DNA of 36,321 bases from Verrucomicrobiota bacterium (GTDB taxonomy: Bacteria > Verrucomicrobiota > Verrucomicrobiia > Limisphaerales > CANJSG01), in assembly GCA_038209745.1 (NCBI GenBank), contig JBBQXJ010000045.1, positions 1 through 36,321 of the forward strand, written 5' to 3'. Position 1 is the stretch's first letter; each line of letters begins with the position of its first letter. Shown in pieces: positions 9,901-20,907 of the stretch. Under the pieces are notes generated by a model. That model saw only the letters and a program-made list of their open reading frames with translations. It was not told the origin of the DNA and searched no databases. Made by a program: the position numbers and the translations under genes.

Positions 9901-10496
9901 CTGTGGAGGCTCAAGAGGTTGTTCATGTGGAGATAGAGGCGAGAGACGGGCGGGAGGAGATTGAGGGAGTGGTGGGGGCGGTGCCAGTTGTAGTTGTGGA
10001 GGAAGGATGGGAGCCGGTCGGCGCGCTGGGAAGAGTCGCGGTAGGCGTGGGCGTAGGCCCAGGAGCGGAGGGCGGTCTGGATGAAGCGGGCCAGGGGTCT
10101 GATGTCGAAATGGAGCAGATCTCCCGGCTGTTCCCGCTCGTAGCGGCGGATCGCCGGGGGCGGGGACAGCTCGGCCAAGAAGGCGCCGTGGCGCCGTAGG
10201 ATGCGGGAGACGGACGCTTTAGAGAGCTTGGCCAAGCGGGCGATCTGGAAGCCGGGGAGCTTGCGGCGGCACAGGGCCAGGACCCGGAGGACGCGCAGAC
10301 GATGGATGCCGTCCGGGGAGCGTTTTGGTCTGGAAGAAAGGTTCTCAAGACCCGCGGTGTCATCGGCCCGGAAACGGGCGAGCCACTTCTGGGCCGAGCG
10401 AACGGAGAGGCCGAACCCGGCGGCGACCTCGACGATGCGCTTTACCAGTTCGGCTCGACTCAACGGGGTGAGCTTGGCATTGCTATCGGAGTTCAT
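9897..10496 (-). pseudogene. IS481-family transposase lacking most of the DDE core
   Basis: NAKLTP..R, KWLARFR, RYEREQPGDLLHFD joined directly to RFIQTALRSWAY...YNWHRPH...NNLL; 199 aa against about 320 aa expected. Confidence 0.88.
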
Positions 10497-10582
10497 GCGG
10501 GGGTGGTTCCTGGATCGGTGTTGTCTTCACAAACCCATCGTTCCAGCTCCGCCTCGCATGAACAACCTCCTGGAACATCACA
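9902..10582 (-). mobile_element. IS481-family element, internally deleted (681 bp)
   Basis: TGT...ACA ends; imperfect TIRs TGTGGAGGCTCAAGAGGTTGTTCATG versus TGTGATGTTCCAGGAGGTTGTTCATG (right end, reverse complement); flanks CCTAGC (9896-9901) and CCGAGC (10583-10588) match at 5 of 6 bp. Confidence 0.93.
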
Positions 10583-10756
10583 CCGAGCAATCCGAAACGG
10601 TTCCAGCCTTCAGCCCCCCCCGGCGCGACACGGTTGCTTGGACCGTTCCGAAACGAGAACGCTCCGGGGATGACCCCGGCCGAACGTCGGTTACGCCCTG
10701 CGGACGATTCCGCCCCACCCCTCGACACATGGAACGGTGAATGGCACCGTCCGCCC

Positions 10757-11653
10757 GTGTCGGATTCCAAACTAGAGCGCCTGCGCGAGATTCTCCGCGG
10801 CTACGGTTCCTGCCTTGTCGCCTATTCTGGCGGCGTGGACTCTGTGTTCCTGGCCAAGGTCGCACACGACACGCTCGGCGCCTCCGCGTTGGCCGCCATC
10901 GCCGATTCTTCGAGCCTGCCCCGGCGGGAACTGGCGGAAGCATTGGCGCTCGCGGAGCAGTTCGCGTTTCCCGTCGCGGTGGTCAAGACGGACGAGTTTT
11001 CCAATCCGAGCTACCTCGCGAATCCGAACAACCGTTGCTATTTCTGCAAACACGAACTCTTCACCGAACTCACTCCCCTCGCCCGCCAAAAGGGATTCAA
11101 GACCATCGCCTATGGCGAGAACGCCAGTGATGTTGGCGACCACCGACCCGGAGCCAAGGCGGCGGCGGAATTCGACGTGCGCGCCCCGCTCAAAGAAGCC
11201 GGACTCACCAAGTCCGAGATCCGGGAACTCTCCGCCGCCCTCGGCCTGCCGACGGCGGACAAGCCCCAGATGGCCTGCCTAAGTTCGCGGATCCCCTACG
11301 GCGAAGCAGTGACACCGGAGAAGCTGCGGATGATCGAGGAGGGCGAGTATTGCCTGAAGGACCTGGGCTTCCACGACGTGCGGGTCCGGCATCATGAGCT
11401 GAAGACGGCGCAGTTCCTTTTGGCAACCGGCCTGGACGCGACGGAGCCCAAGAAGGAATCCATCGCCCATCTCGCCCGCATCGAACTGGGCCCCGGCGAA
11501 CTTGCGCGGCTCTTCAGCGACAACCTCTATCCGCAGGTGGCGGATGCGTTCCGCGAGATCGGCTACCAGCACGTCACCGCCGATCTGATGGGCTACCGCC
11601 GGGGCAGCGTGAACGAACCGACGACGCAGCCGATCGGATTGAAACGGGGTTGA
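10757..11653 (+). CDS. larE: LarE-family ATP-dependent sulfur transferase
   Basis: PP-loop SGGVDS, NRCYFCK, DHRPG, PLKEAGLTKSEIR, ACLSSRIPYG, VRVRHH, DLMGYRRGS. GTG 10757 taken as start. Confidence 0.9.
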   Translation: MSDSKLERLREILRGYGSCLVAYSGGVDSVFLAKVAHDTLGASALAAIADSSSLPRRELAEALALAEQFAFPVAVVKTDEFSNPSYLANPNNRCYFCKHELFTELTPLARQKGFKTIAYGENASDVGDHRPGAKAAAEFDVRAPLKEAGLTKSEIRELSAALGLPTADKPQMACLSSRIPYGEAVTPEKLRMIEEGEYCLKDLGFHDVRVRHHELKTAQFLLATGLDATEPKKESIAHLARIELGPGELARLFSDNLYPQVADAFREIGYQHVTADLMGYRRGSVNEPTTQPIGLKRG

Positions 11654-11766
11654 AGGCACGCAGGACCTCCGATTCGAGGGATCGGCAGGTCGTCTAGGGA
11701 CTTGACGTAAGCCGTCGCTGGGTCGAGGCGCCCTCCCACGCTGGACTTGGCCGTCTTAATATCGCC

Positions 11767-14017
<2,251 letters not shown>

Positions 14018-14128
14018 GAGGGAATGATGCGCCCGGATCCCCACAGGTCAAGGCGGCGGGCGCCAAGAGAAAGAATTGGCTTGGGCTGCCCGGCCGGCCT
14101 AGCCTTCCGCGTCTAAACGGGGCCCATC

Positions 14129-14887
14129 ATGAAAAAAATCATCATCCGCAGTCTAATCGCCGTGGCCCTCCTCGCGGTGGTGGCGGTCTTCGCCCTGATC
14201 CTTTCCCTCGACCGCATCGTGAAGACCGGAGTGGAGACCGTCGGCCCCGTCCTGACCAAGACGACCGTCAAGCTGGACAAGGCCCAGTTCCGCCTCATGG
14301 CCGGGCGGCTGAATCTCGAAGGCCTGGTCGTCGGCAACCCCGAGGGATTCAAGACCCCGTCCGCCTTCCAGGTCGGCCAGATCATCCTCCAGGTGAAACC
14401 GGGCTCCGTGTTCTCGGACGTCGTCGAGATCGACGAGCTCACGCTCAAGTCGCCCGAGATCACCTATGAGCATCGTGGCTTGACCGACAGCAACATCAAG
14501 ACGCTCCTCGACACGGTGACGGCCTCCTCGGGCAAGCCGGCCGAAAAGACTCCCACAGCCCAAGCGCCGGCCGGAACGATCAAGCGGTTCCGGGTGAAGC
14601 TGATCAATATCGAAGGCGCCAAGGTAAACGTCAGCGCCACCCTGCTCGGAGGCGGCGCCGCTTCCCTATCCCTGCCCTCGCTCAAGCTGGAGAACATCGG
14701 CACTTCCGGAGACGGAGTGACGGCCGGCGAGCTGACCAAGGAAATCCTCGGCAAGATCTTGAAGAGTGTGACCGAAGTCGTGACCAAATCCCTCATCTCC
14801 GGCGATGCCACGACCGGCATGGGAAAAGAAGCCGACAAGGTCCTGAACAAGGCCACCGAAGGCGTGAAGAACCTCTTCAAGAAGTAG
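14129..14887 (+). CDS. AsmA-like N-terminally anchored protein
   Basis: N-terminal TM helix, then L.GLVVGNPEGF, VEIDELTLKSPEITYE, SNIKTL beta-rich pattern. Confidence 0.7.
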   Translation: MKKIIIRSLIAVALLAVVAVFALILSLDRIVKTGVETVGPVLTKTTVKLDKAQFRLMAGRLNLEGLVVGNPEGFKTPSAFQVGQIILQVKPGSVFSDVVEIDELTLKSPEITYEHRGLTDSNIKTLLDTVTASSGKPAEKTPTAQAPAGTIKRFRVKLINIEGAKVNVSATLLGGGAASLSLPSLKLENIGTSGDGVTAGELTKEILGKILKSVTEVVTKSLISGDATTGMGKEADKVLNKATEGVKNLFKK

Positions 14888-14978
14888 CCGGACTTCGGGG
14901 CGCCACGACTTGCGCCGCCCGGTGAACGGGCGACCGGCTGGGTTGGCCACATGGCGGCCGGAGTCCGCCGAAGCGGCG

Positions 14979-16961
14979 TCACTCGCGCCGAAGCGTCAGC
15001 TCCTTGAACTGGACGACGCAGGCCGGTGTTTCTCCTCCCACCCGCAGACTTATCAATCCCCTCCTCGGCCCGATCGGCGAACCGTCCTTCAGCCGGGCCA
15101 CGGTCTGGCCATTGATCTCATGGGTGATCGTGTCGCCCCGCGCCACGATACGGAATTCGTTCCAGTCGTTCATCCGAATGGCGCTCTGGGCCGCGGCCGC
15201 CTCCGGCAGAGCCGTAATGATCGGCCGCGCGGACGCCGCCGCCACCTGCTCTGTCATCTGTCCTTGGATCGCGAGAATTCCACGGCCCGAATTCCCCACC
15301 ACGGAGCCGATGATCGACGGATCGAATCCGAGGACGAAATGGTAGCCGTCCCGTCCTCCGGGCAAAGCGCGATACAGCACCGCGGCCGAGCCGGCCCGGT
15401 TGTCGCGTAGAAGCCGCAGGCGGAACTGTCCCCGCAGCTCGAAGTCGCCGACCTCCGGTTGGCTGCAGGTGAGCCAACCGATCGTCCCCGGAGTGGCGTC
15501 CGCCCCGATCCATCCGGTCAAAGTGCCGTTCTGCACCGACCAATAGGCCCTGTCGCCGACCCATCCTTTCAGGTCCTTGCCGTTGAAGATGGAGACGAAC
15601 TTCGCCTCTTCCTTCACGATCACGGCCAGTCGCTTCTTCTCGGCCGCTTCGCGCTCCTGTCGGAGCTTATCGTCGGCCAGTCTCTGCGCCTCTTCGATGA
15701 TCTCGGCGGCCTTGCGCCTGCTCGCCTTGCGCACTTCCTCCATCTGGGCCTGGGACTTCTTGTCCGGGGCGGCCGCGGGAACCGGTGTGTTGAAGTCGTT
15801 GGTCGCGGGTGCCAGAAGCTGGGCCAGATTTGTGACGCCGGGAATATCCGCGAATCCGTGGGTCGCACCGCGGCTGTTGGCCTCGCGGTCGAGCTGGGCC
15901 TCCAATTCACGGTTCTTCGCCACCAGAACCTCTTCGCTGGTCGGTTTCAGCGGTGATTTTTCCTTCGGCCAGGAGAACCAGATCATCCAGGCTCCGAGGC
16001 CCAGGGCCGACAGCATCACGATGGTGGCAAACCACACCTCGGGCCGGAGTAACAGGGGCCGCATCGGACCCATCGAAGGCATGGGCGGCAACGGATTGGA
16101 CTGGCTGAGGCCGGGATCGAACTCAAGGGGGATGAACGGCTTGCCCTTTTGCGGAGCCGGCGCGTCCACCTCCTCGAATCCGCCGAACAACGCCGCCAAA
16201 GTAGCCGGCCTCTTCGCGGGATCCTTTTCCAGACACGCCGCCAGCGTCTCCGACCCGCGGACCGTGATCTGGGCCCCCGCCTTCACCGCCGGTGCCGGCG
16301 TCGTGTAGCGGATCTCGTAGACCAGGTTGTTCGGATCCAACGGCGTCGCACCCGTCGCCGCCTGGTAGATCATCGCGCCGACGCTGTAGACGTCGTCGGC
16401 CGCCACGACGGGAAATCCATCCGCCGCCTGCGGGCTGAACCAGATCCGGCGCACGTCGTTCTGGGTGGCGGGATCCAGCCGCGAACCAAAGCCGAAGCCC
16501 GGCACGAGAATTCGCCCGTCGGCCGCCATCCAGACCCGGGACGGATGCAGGCTGCCGTCGACCAGTCCATGCCGGGCCGCGGCCTCCAGCAGCCGCACGA
16601 AGGACACCGAGCAGGCTTTCGCCTTCGGCCATGCGGCCTTCGTTTTCAGCGGAAAAACGTCGCCCCACAGCTGGCCCGCTGGAATTGCGAATCCGATCTC
16701 CCCCGCCTCCATCAATTCCGGCCACCCCGTCACCGGCAATCCCAGCTGCGCCTCCTGCACCGCAGCGAGACGTTCGAGCATCGCGCCCAGATTCAGCATC
16801 AAGTCGTCGTCCGCCCGTTGTTCGGCGCTCAGCCGGATGAGCCAGACCTGCCGCTTGGCCGCCGGTTCCTCGACGATCCACACACCGCGCGCCTCGTCGA
16901 TCACGACGACCTCGCGCCACCGCCCCGGCGTCCCGCCGGAAATCTCTTCCTTCGATTCCAT
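14979..16961 (-). CDS. Membrane protein: Ser/Thr pseudokinase - TM - coiled coil - DUF1080-like domain
   Basis: Kinase C-lobe motifs DDVYSVGAMIY and CLEKDPAKRP; TM VWFATIVMLSALGLGAWMIWFSW; E/K/A-rich helix; DUF1080 start SIFNGKDLKGW and WNEFRIVARGD...INGQ. Confidence 0.82.
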   Translation of the reverse strand: MESKEEISGGTPGRWREVVVIDEARGVWIVEEPAAKRQVWLIRLSAEQRADDDLMLNLGAMLERLAAVQEAQLGLPVTGWPELMEAGEIGFAIPAGQLWGDVFPLKTKAAWPKAKACSVSFVRLLEAAARHGLVDGSLHPSRVWMAADGRILVPGFGFGSRLDPATQNDVRRIWFSPQAADGFPVVAADDVYSVGAMIYQAATGATPLDPNNLVYEIRYTTPAPAVKAGAQITVRGSETLAACLEKDPAKRPATLAALFGGFEEVDAPAPQKGKPFIPLEFDPGLSQSNPLPPMPSMGPMRPLLLRPEVWFATIVMLSALGLGAWMIWFSWPKEKSPLKPTSEEVLVAKNRELEAQLDREANSRGATHGFADIPGVTNLAQLLAPATNDFNTPVPAAAPDKKSQAQMEEVRKASRRKAAEIIEEAQRLADDKLRQEREAAEKKRLAVIVKEEAKFVSIFNGKDLKGWVGDRAYWSVQNGTLTGWIGADATPGTIGWLTCSQPEVGDFELRGQFRLRLLRDNRAGSAAVLYRALPGGRDGYHFVLGFDPSIIGSVVGNSGRGILAIQGQMTEQVAAASARPIITALPEAAAAQSAIRMNDWNEFRIVARGDTITHEINGQTVARLKDGSPIGPRRGLISLRVGGETPACVVQFKELTLRRE

Positions 16962-18053
16962 CTAGGGTTTTTCCAGTTCCACGACCTCGACGGCGCACAG
17001 CTTGTTGCCGCTGCCCCTGGGGCTGTCGGTCACCGTCAACCGCCCGTCCTCCACGGTCACGGCCGCAGAACCCTCGAACCACCGGTTGGTCCCGCCCGCC
17101 AGACCCTCGACCACGAGCTGCCCTTCCGCCGCCATCGCATAGACGGCGCTGGCATCCTCCACGTCGCCCACGACCATCCGGACCTGATAGCGTCCGGGCG
17201 GCACGGCGATTTCCCATCGCGGTTGTTCCTGCACACCCAATGCATCGACCGGACAAAAAGTCTCATGAAGCCGCGAAGGCGGTTTGATTCCCGCCACGTC
17301 CCCCACCGCCGACTTGGCGCGGTCCCGCACCAGGTTCGAGAGATCGTAGCTCCAGCCATACATCAAGCCCCCCCCCTTGGGGCCGAAAGGCAGCCCATTG
17401 TCCGCCAACCATCCCTCCGCCGGCTTCGCTCCCGTCGGCAGAAAATGCACCCGCGCTGCAAAAGGACGCCGCGTCACAATCAGCTCTGGTTGATAGCCGA
17501 TCGATTCCCGGGACTGGATCACGATCCTCGTGTCCCCCTCCTGCGCCAGGATCAGCGCGAACGACGCCAGCGAACGGCCCGCCGCCAGCTCCTCCTGCAC
17601 ATAACGGGTCACGTCGACCTGATACCAGACCGGCGAAACCCCGGTCACCTCGAAGCGGCCGATCACCGCGATGTGTTCCGGCCGGTTCTGCCACGTCATC
17701 TGCTGTTCGTCGATCGGTGACGGCACGAACGACCGCACCACCCCCGTCGCCCGGCCAGGCTGGTCCAGCATGGCGTAGACCCACAGCGTGGCGTTCGTCA
17801 GCGAAGGTTCCATTCCCCCGATGTTGAACTGGATGTAGGACTCGCTCAACCGGTCGCGGCTCGCGCTCCGCAGCTCCAAAGTCTTCTCCGAGCCGTAGTT
17901 CCTGCGTGAATAACTTCCGCTCCGCACAAACGTGTCCGCCGTTCGCGGTGCCTTCACCGTCACGGCCTTCTTTGAAGGTACATCCGCCGCTCGTCCCAGC
18001 CCCGTTGCCAGCGCGACCAAAGACGCCGCCAACATCGTTCCAAAGGTTTGCAT
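16962..18053 (-). CDS. Secreted protein with a DNRLRE/CBM96 domain and a second carbohydrate-binding-like beta-sandwich
   Basis: Signal peptide from ATG 18053; ADTFVRSG...NYG...ESYIQFNI...ATLWVY...TWQNRP...DVTRYV...SRES..PELIVT; second domain HFLP.G...WLADNG...YGW...WEIAVPPGRYQVRMVVGD. Confidence 0.78.
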   Translation of the reverse strand: MQTFGTMLAASLVALATGLGRAADVPSKKAVTVKAPRTADTFVRSGSYSRRNYGSEKTLELRSASRDRLSESYIQFNIGGMEPSLTNATLWVYAMLDQPGRATGVVRSFVPSPIDEQQMTWQNRPEHIAVIGRFEVTGVSPVWYQVDVTRYVQEELAAGRSLASFALILAQEGDTRIVIQSRESIGYQPELIVTRRPFAARVHFLPTGAKPAEGWLADNGLPFGPKGGGLMYGWSYDLSNLVRDRAKSAVGDVAGIKPPSRLHETFCPVDALGVQEQPRWEIAVPPGRYQVRMVVGDVEDASAVYAMAAEGQLVVEGLAGGTNRWFEGSAAVTVEDGRLTVTDSPRGSGNKLCAVEVVELEKP

Positions 18054-18171
18054 GAATCGACTCATTCTGGACAAAGCCGAGGTATGCTTACCCAATGTCC
18101 TTTTTTGTCCAGATTCAGGACGACAAATCTTCCTCGGCCACTCCCATCGCCAACCCAGTCGTCGCCCCCTT

Positions 18172-18376
18172 GTAAGTCGGAACAATGCAGTGGAAAGATG
18201 GGGGGCACGACCGCCCCGGGCGCAGTGGACCGCGCCCTCGCGGTCCATCGGAGGCGCAGAAAACGATTCACCGCCTCGTGTGTCCGAACGCGTCCATGTC
18301 CGGCGCGGGGCGCGCCGGACGGCAGCCGGGGCGGCTGCGATCCCCATTTATTTCCGACTGCATCGTCCCGGCTCAG
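18172..18376. repeat. MITE/REPIN-like palindromic element, copy 1
   Basis: Imperfect terminal IRs (TAAGTCGGAACAATGCAGTGGAAA...TTTCCGACTGCATCGTCCCGGCTCAG); internal hairpins TGGACCGCG/CGCGGTCCA and GTCCGGCGCG/CGCGCCGGAC; homologous to 24441-24591 in the opposite orientation. Confidence 0.8.
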
Positions 18377-18585
18377 TGCCATCGCCGCGCTCCGCTAGGG
18401 AATGCAGGCGGCGCACGTCTTGCCGCTTGCTCAACCTGCGTCCACCAGCGTCAACCAGACGAATGCACCCGTGGGCAAGCAGGCTGTGGTCGCGAGCCGT
18501 TGTCGCACGGCGTCAGCTCGCGACCTTGCCCGCAAATACGAACGGCATTGGCGCCATTGCACGTGCGGCCCAAAGCCACTAGGAA

Positions 18586-19929
18586 ATGACCCGTGAATCC
18601 TCCGATCCCATGATGATTGATCGAACCGTCTTTTCCCGGCACCTCCACGGCTCGATGGCGGCCGCGGTCATCGCCCTCCTGTCGGTCGCACGGATGTGCG
18701 CCGAGGACTGGCCCGGGTTTCGTGGGCCAACCGGAATGGGCGTAACGACCGAAGAAGGACTCCCCTTGGAATGGGGCGGCCCCGGGGGAAAGAACGTCCT
18801 CTGGAAAGCGCCTCTGCCGCCAACGGTCGATAAAGGTGAAGCGGACCACAATCAATCCAGCCCCGTCGTTGCCGACGGCCGGGTTGTGGTCACCACGGCC
18901 CATTGGAAGACGGGCACCACAGACCAGGGTTCTCACCAACCGGACCACCATGTCTCCGGCTACGAGGCGGCTACGGGAAAGCAACTCTGGGACACCACGG
19001 TGCCGGCCGGTCCGTGGCTCTTGACCGATCTCCGTGGCGGATACGCCGCACCGACGCCCGCCATCGACCACGGGTGTGTCTTCGCGCTCTTCGGCTCGTC
19101 GATCCTCCATGCGCTCGACCTCGACGGAAAACTTCTCTGGTCCCACACCCTGGCCGATCCGGACAAGTTCGACGTCGCCCTCTCGGCCAGCCCGGTGGTC
19201 TACAAGGACACGGTGCTCCTCCTCCTGGACCGCAAGGCTCCGGCCGCAACCTTGATCGCGCTGGATGCCAAAACCGGGAAAGTGCGCTGGGAAGCGAAAC
19301 GTCCGGCCACCGACTTTGGCCATATGACGCCGGTGCTCGCGACGGTGGGTGGAAAGGCACAGTTGCTCGTGACCGCGACCCACAGCTTGCAGGGAATCGA
19401 CCCCGAGAACGGCAAGATCCTCTGGTTCTGCGACTGGGACCGACCGATCTGGCCGGTCTCTTCACCGGTGATGGCGAAGGGTCTCGTCTACGCTATCGGA
19501 GGACGTGGCGGACATCCCGGCGTCGTCGTCGATCCTGCCGGCAGCGGCGACGTCACGGCCACGAAGCTCAAATGGAGGATCGGTCCGATGTCGGAAGGGC
19601 TTTCCTCCCCGGTCGCGTTCGGGGATCTCGTCTTCCGGCTCAACTCTCCCGGCATCCTGCGCTGCACCCGCATCGCAAATGGGGAAGAGCTGTTCAAGGA
19701 ACGCCTGCCCGGCGCCGATCCCGCCGTCAGTCCGATCGTGACCGCGGACGATCGGATCTACTTCGCCTCCGCCGGAAAGACGGTCGTGATCCAGGCCGGG
19801 CCGCAACTGAAGATCCTCGCCGAATCCGATCTCGGGGATCCTTCGACCGCCACAGCGGCGGTGGCAGATGGCAGGATCTTCCTCAAAGGAAAGTCCTACC
19901 TCTACGCGATCGGCCACAAGAAGCCCTGA
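18586..19929 (+). CDS. PQQ-like beta-propeller repeat protein (secreted)
   Basis: EDWPGFRGPTG, NVLWK..L, SSPVV, repeated ALDAKTGKVRWE units; start could be 18610 or 18655. Confidence 0.88.
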   Translation: MTRESSDPMMIDRTVFSRHLHGSMAAAVIALLSVARMCAEDWPGFRGPTGMGVTTEEGLPLEWGGPGGKNVLWKAPLPPTVDKGEADHNQSSPVVADGRVVVTTAHWKTGTTDQGSHQPDHHVSGYEAATGKQLWDTTVPAGPWLLTDLRGGYAAPTPAIDHGCVFALFGSSILHALDLDGKLLWSHTLADPDKFDVALSASPVVYKDTVLLLLDRKAPAATLIALDAKTGKVRWEAKRPATDFGHMTPVLATVGGKAQLLVTATHSLQGIDPENGKILWFCDWDRPIWPVSSPVMAKGLVYAIGGRGGHPGVVVDPAGSGDVTATKLKWRIGPMSEGLSSPVAFGDLVFRLNSPGILRCTRIANGEELFKERLPGADPAVSPIVTADDRIYFASAGKTVVIQAGPQLKILAESDLGDPSTATAAVADGRIFLKGKSYLYAIGHKKP

Positions 19930-19932
19930 AAG

Positions 19933-20904
19933 ATGACCCTCAAACGCCACCCCGCCCTGCTGCTCTCGGCGATCGTCCTCAGCTCCGGTCTTTTCTCCGG
20001 ATGCAGCAAACCGACCCGCGACGTCGTCCAAGGCTATATCGAAGGCGACTACGTCTACGTCGCCTCGCCCTTGGCCGGGAAGTTGGAGTCGCTCCCGGTC
20101 CAGCGCGGAACGCAGGTCAAAGCCGGCGATCCGCTCTTCGCGTTGGAAAGCGTTGCGGAATCCGCGGCCCGGGATCTGGCGGCGAGCCGCCTTGAAGAAG
20201 GCCGCGCAAAATTGGCGGATGCGCTGAAGGGAAAACGTCCGGAGGAGATCGACGCGATCGAGGCGGCTCTCAATCAAAGCCGCTCGGCCCTGGTGCTTTC
20301 GGAAACGGAGCTTGACCGCCAGACGAAGCTGAACGCCTCCGGCGCTGCAACCGCGCAGGACCTTGACCGGGCGCGTTCGACCCGGGACCAGAATCGACAG
20401 CGGGTCTCGCAATTCGAGGCGGAACTAAGGACCGCCCTACTGGGATCGCGCGGCGACCAGATCACGGCGGCCCGGGCCAATGTTTTGGCGCTCGATGCCG
20501 CGCTCGCCAAGGCGGACTGGGATCTGCGCCAGAAGCACCAGGAAGCCACCCAGGCCGGCGTGGTCTTCGACACGCTCTACCGCGCCGGCGAATGGGTGGC
20601 GGCCGGTCGGCCCGTGGTCGTTCTCCTGCCGCCACAGAACATCAAGCTGCGCACTTTCGTTTCGGAGACTCGCCTCGGAAAGATCCATCCCGGCGACGCC
20701 GTGAGGGTCACGGTGGACGGGCTGCCCGAAGCCTTCCTTGGCAAGGTCAGCTTCATTTCGCCCCAGGCGGAATACACGCCACCGGTCATCTACAGCCGGG
20801 AAAGCCGGAGCAAGCTCGTCTTCCTGATCGAGGCGGTCTTCGATCCGGCCGCCGCCGCCAAACTCCATCCCGGCCAACCGGTGGACATACAGTTTGAGCA
20901 ATGA
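19933..20904 (+). CDS. HlyD-family membrane fusion protein (YbhG-like)
   Basis: Lipobox-like FSGC, QGYIEGDYVYVASP, V..GDPLF, ISPQAEYTPPVIYS, LHPGQPV. Confidence 0.92.
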   Translation: MTLKRHPALLLSAIVLSSGLFSGCSKPTRDVVQGYIEGDYVYVASPLAGKLESLPVQRGTQVKAGDPLFALESVAESAARDLAASRLEEGRAKLADALKGKRPEEIDAIEAALNQSRSALVLSETELDRQTKLNASGAATAQDLDRARSTRDQNRQRVSQFEAELRTALLGSRGDQITAARANVLALDAALAKADWDLRQKHQEATQAGVVFDTLYRAGEWVAAGRPVVVLLPPQNIKLRTFVSETRLGKIHPGDAVRVTVDGLPEAFLGKVSFISPQAEYTPPVIYSRESRSKLVFLIEAVFDPAAAAKLHPGQPVDIQFEQ

Positions 20905-20907
20905 CCC

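Noticed and set aside
18054..18347. N-terminal extension of the CBM protein and small ORFs at 17932-18596
   Set aside because: They translate the palindromic repeat element; the signal peptide starts at ATG 18053.
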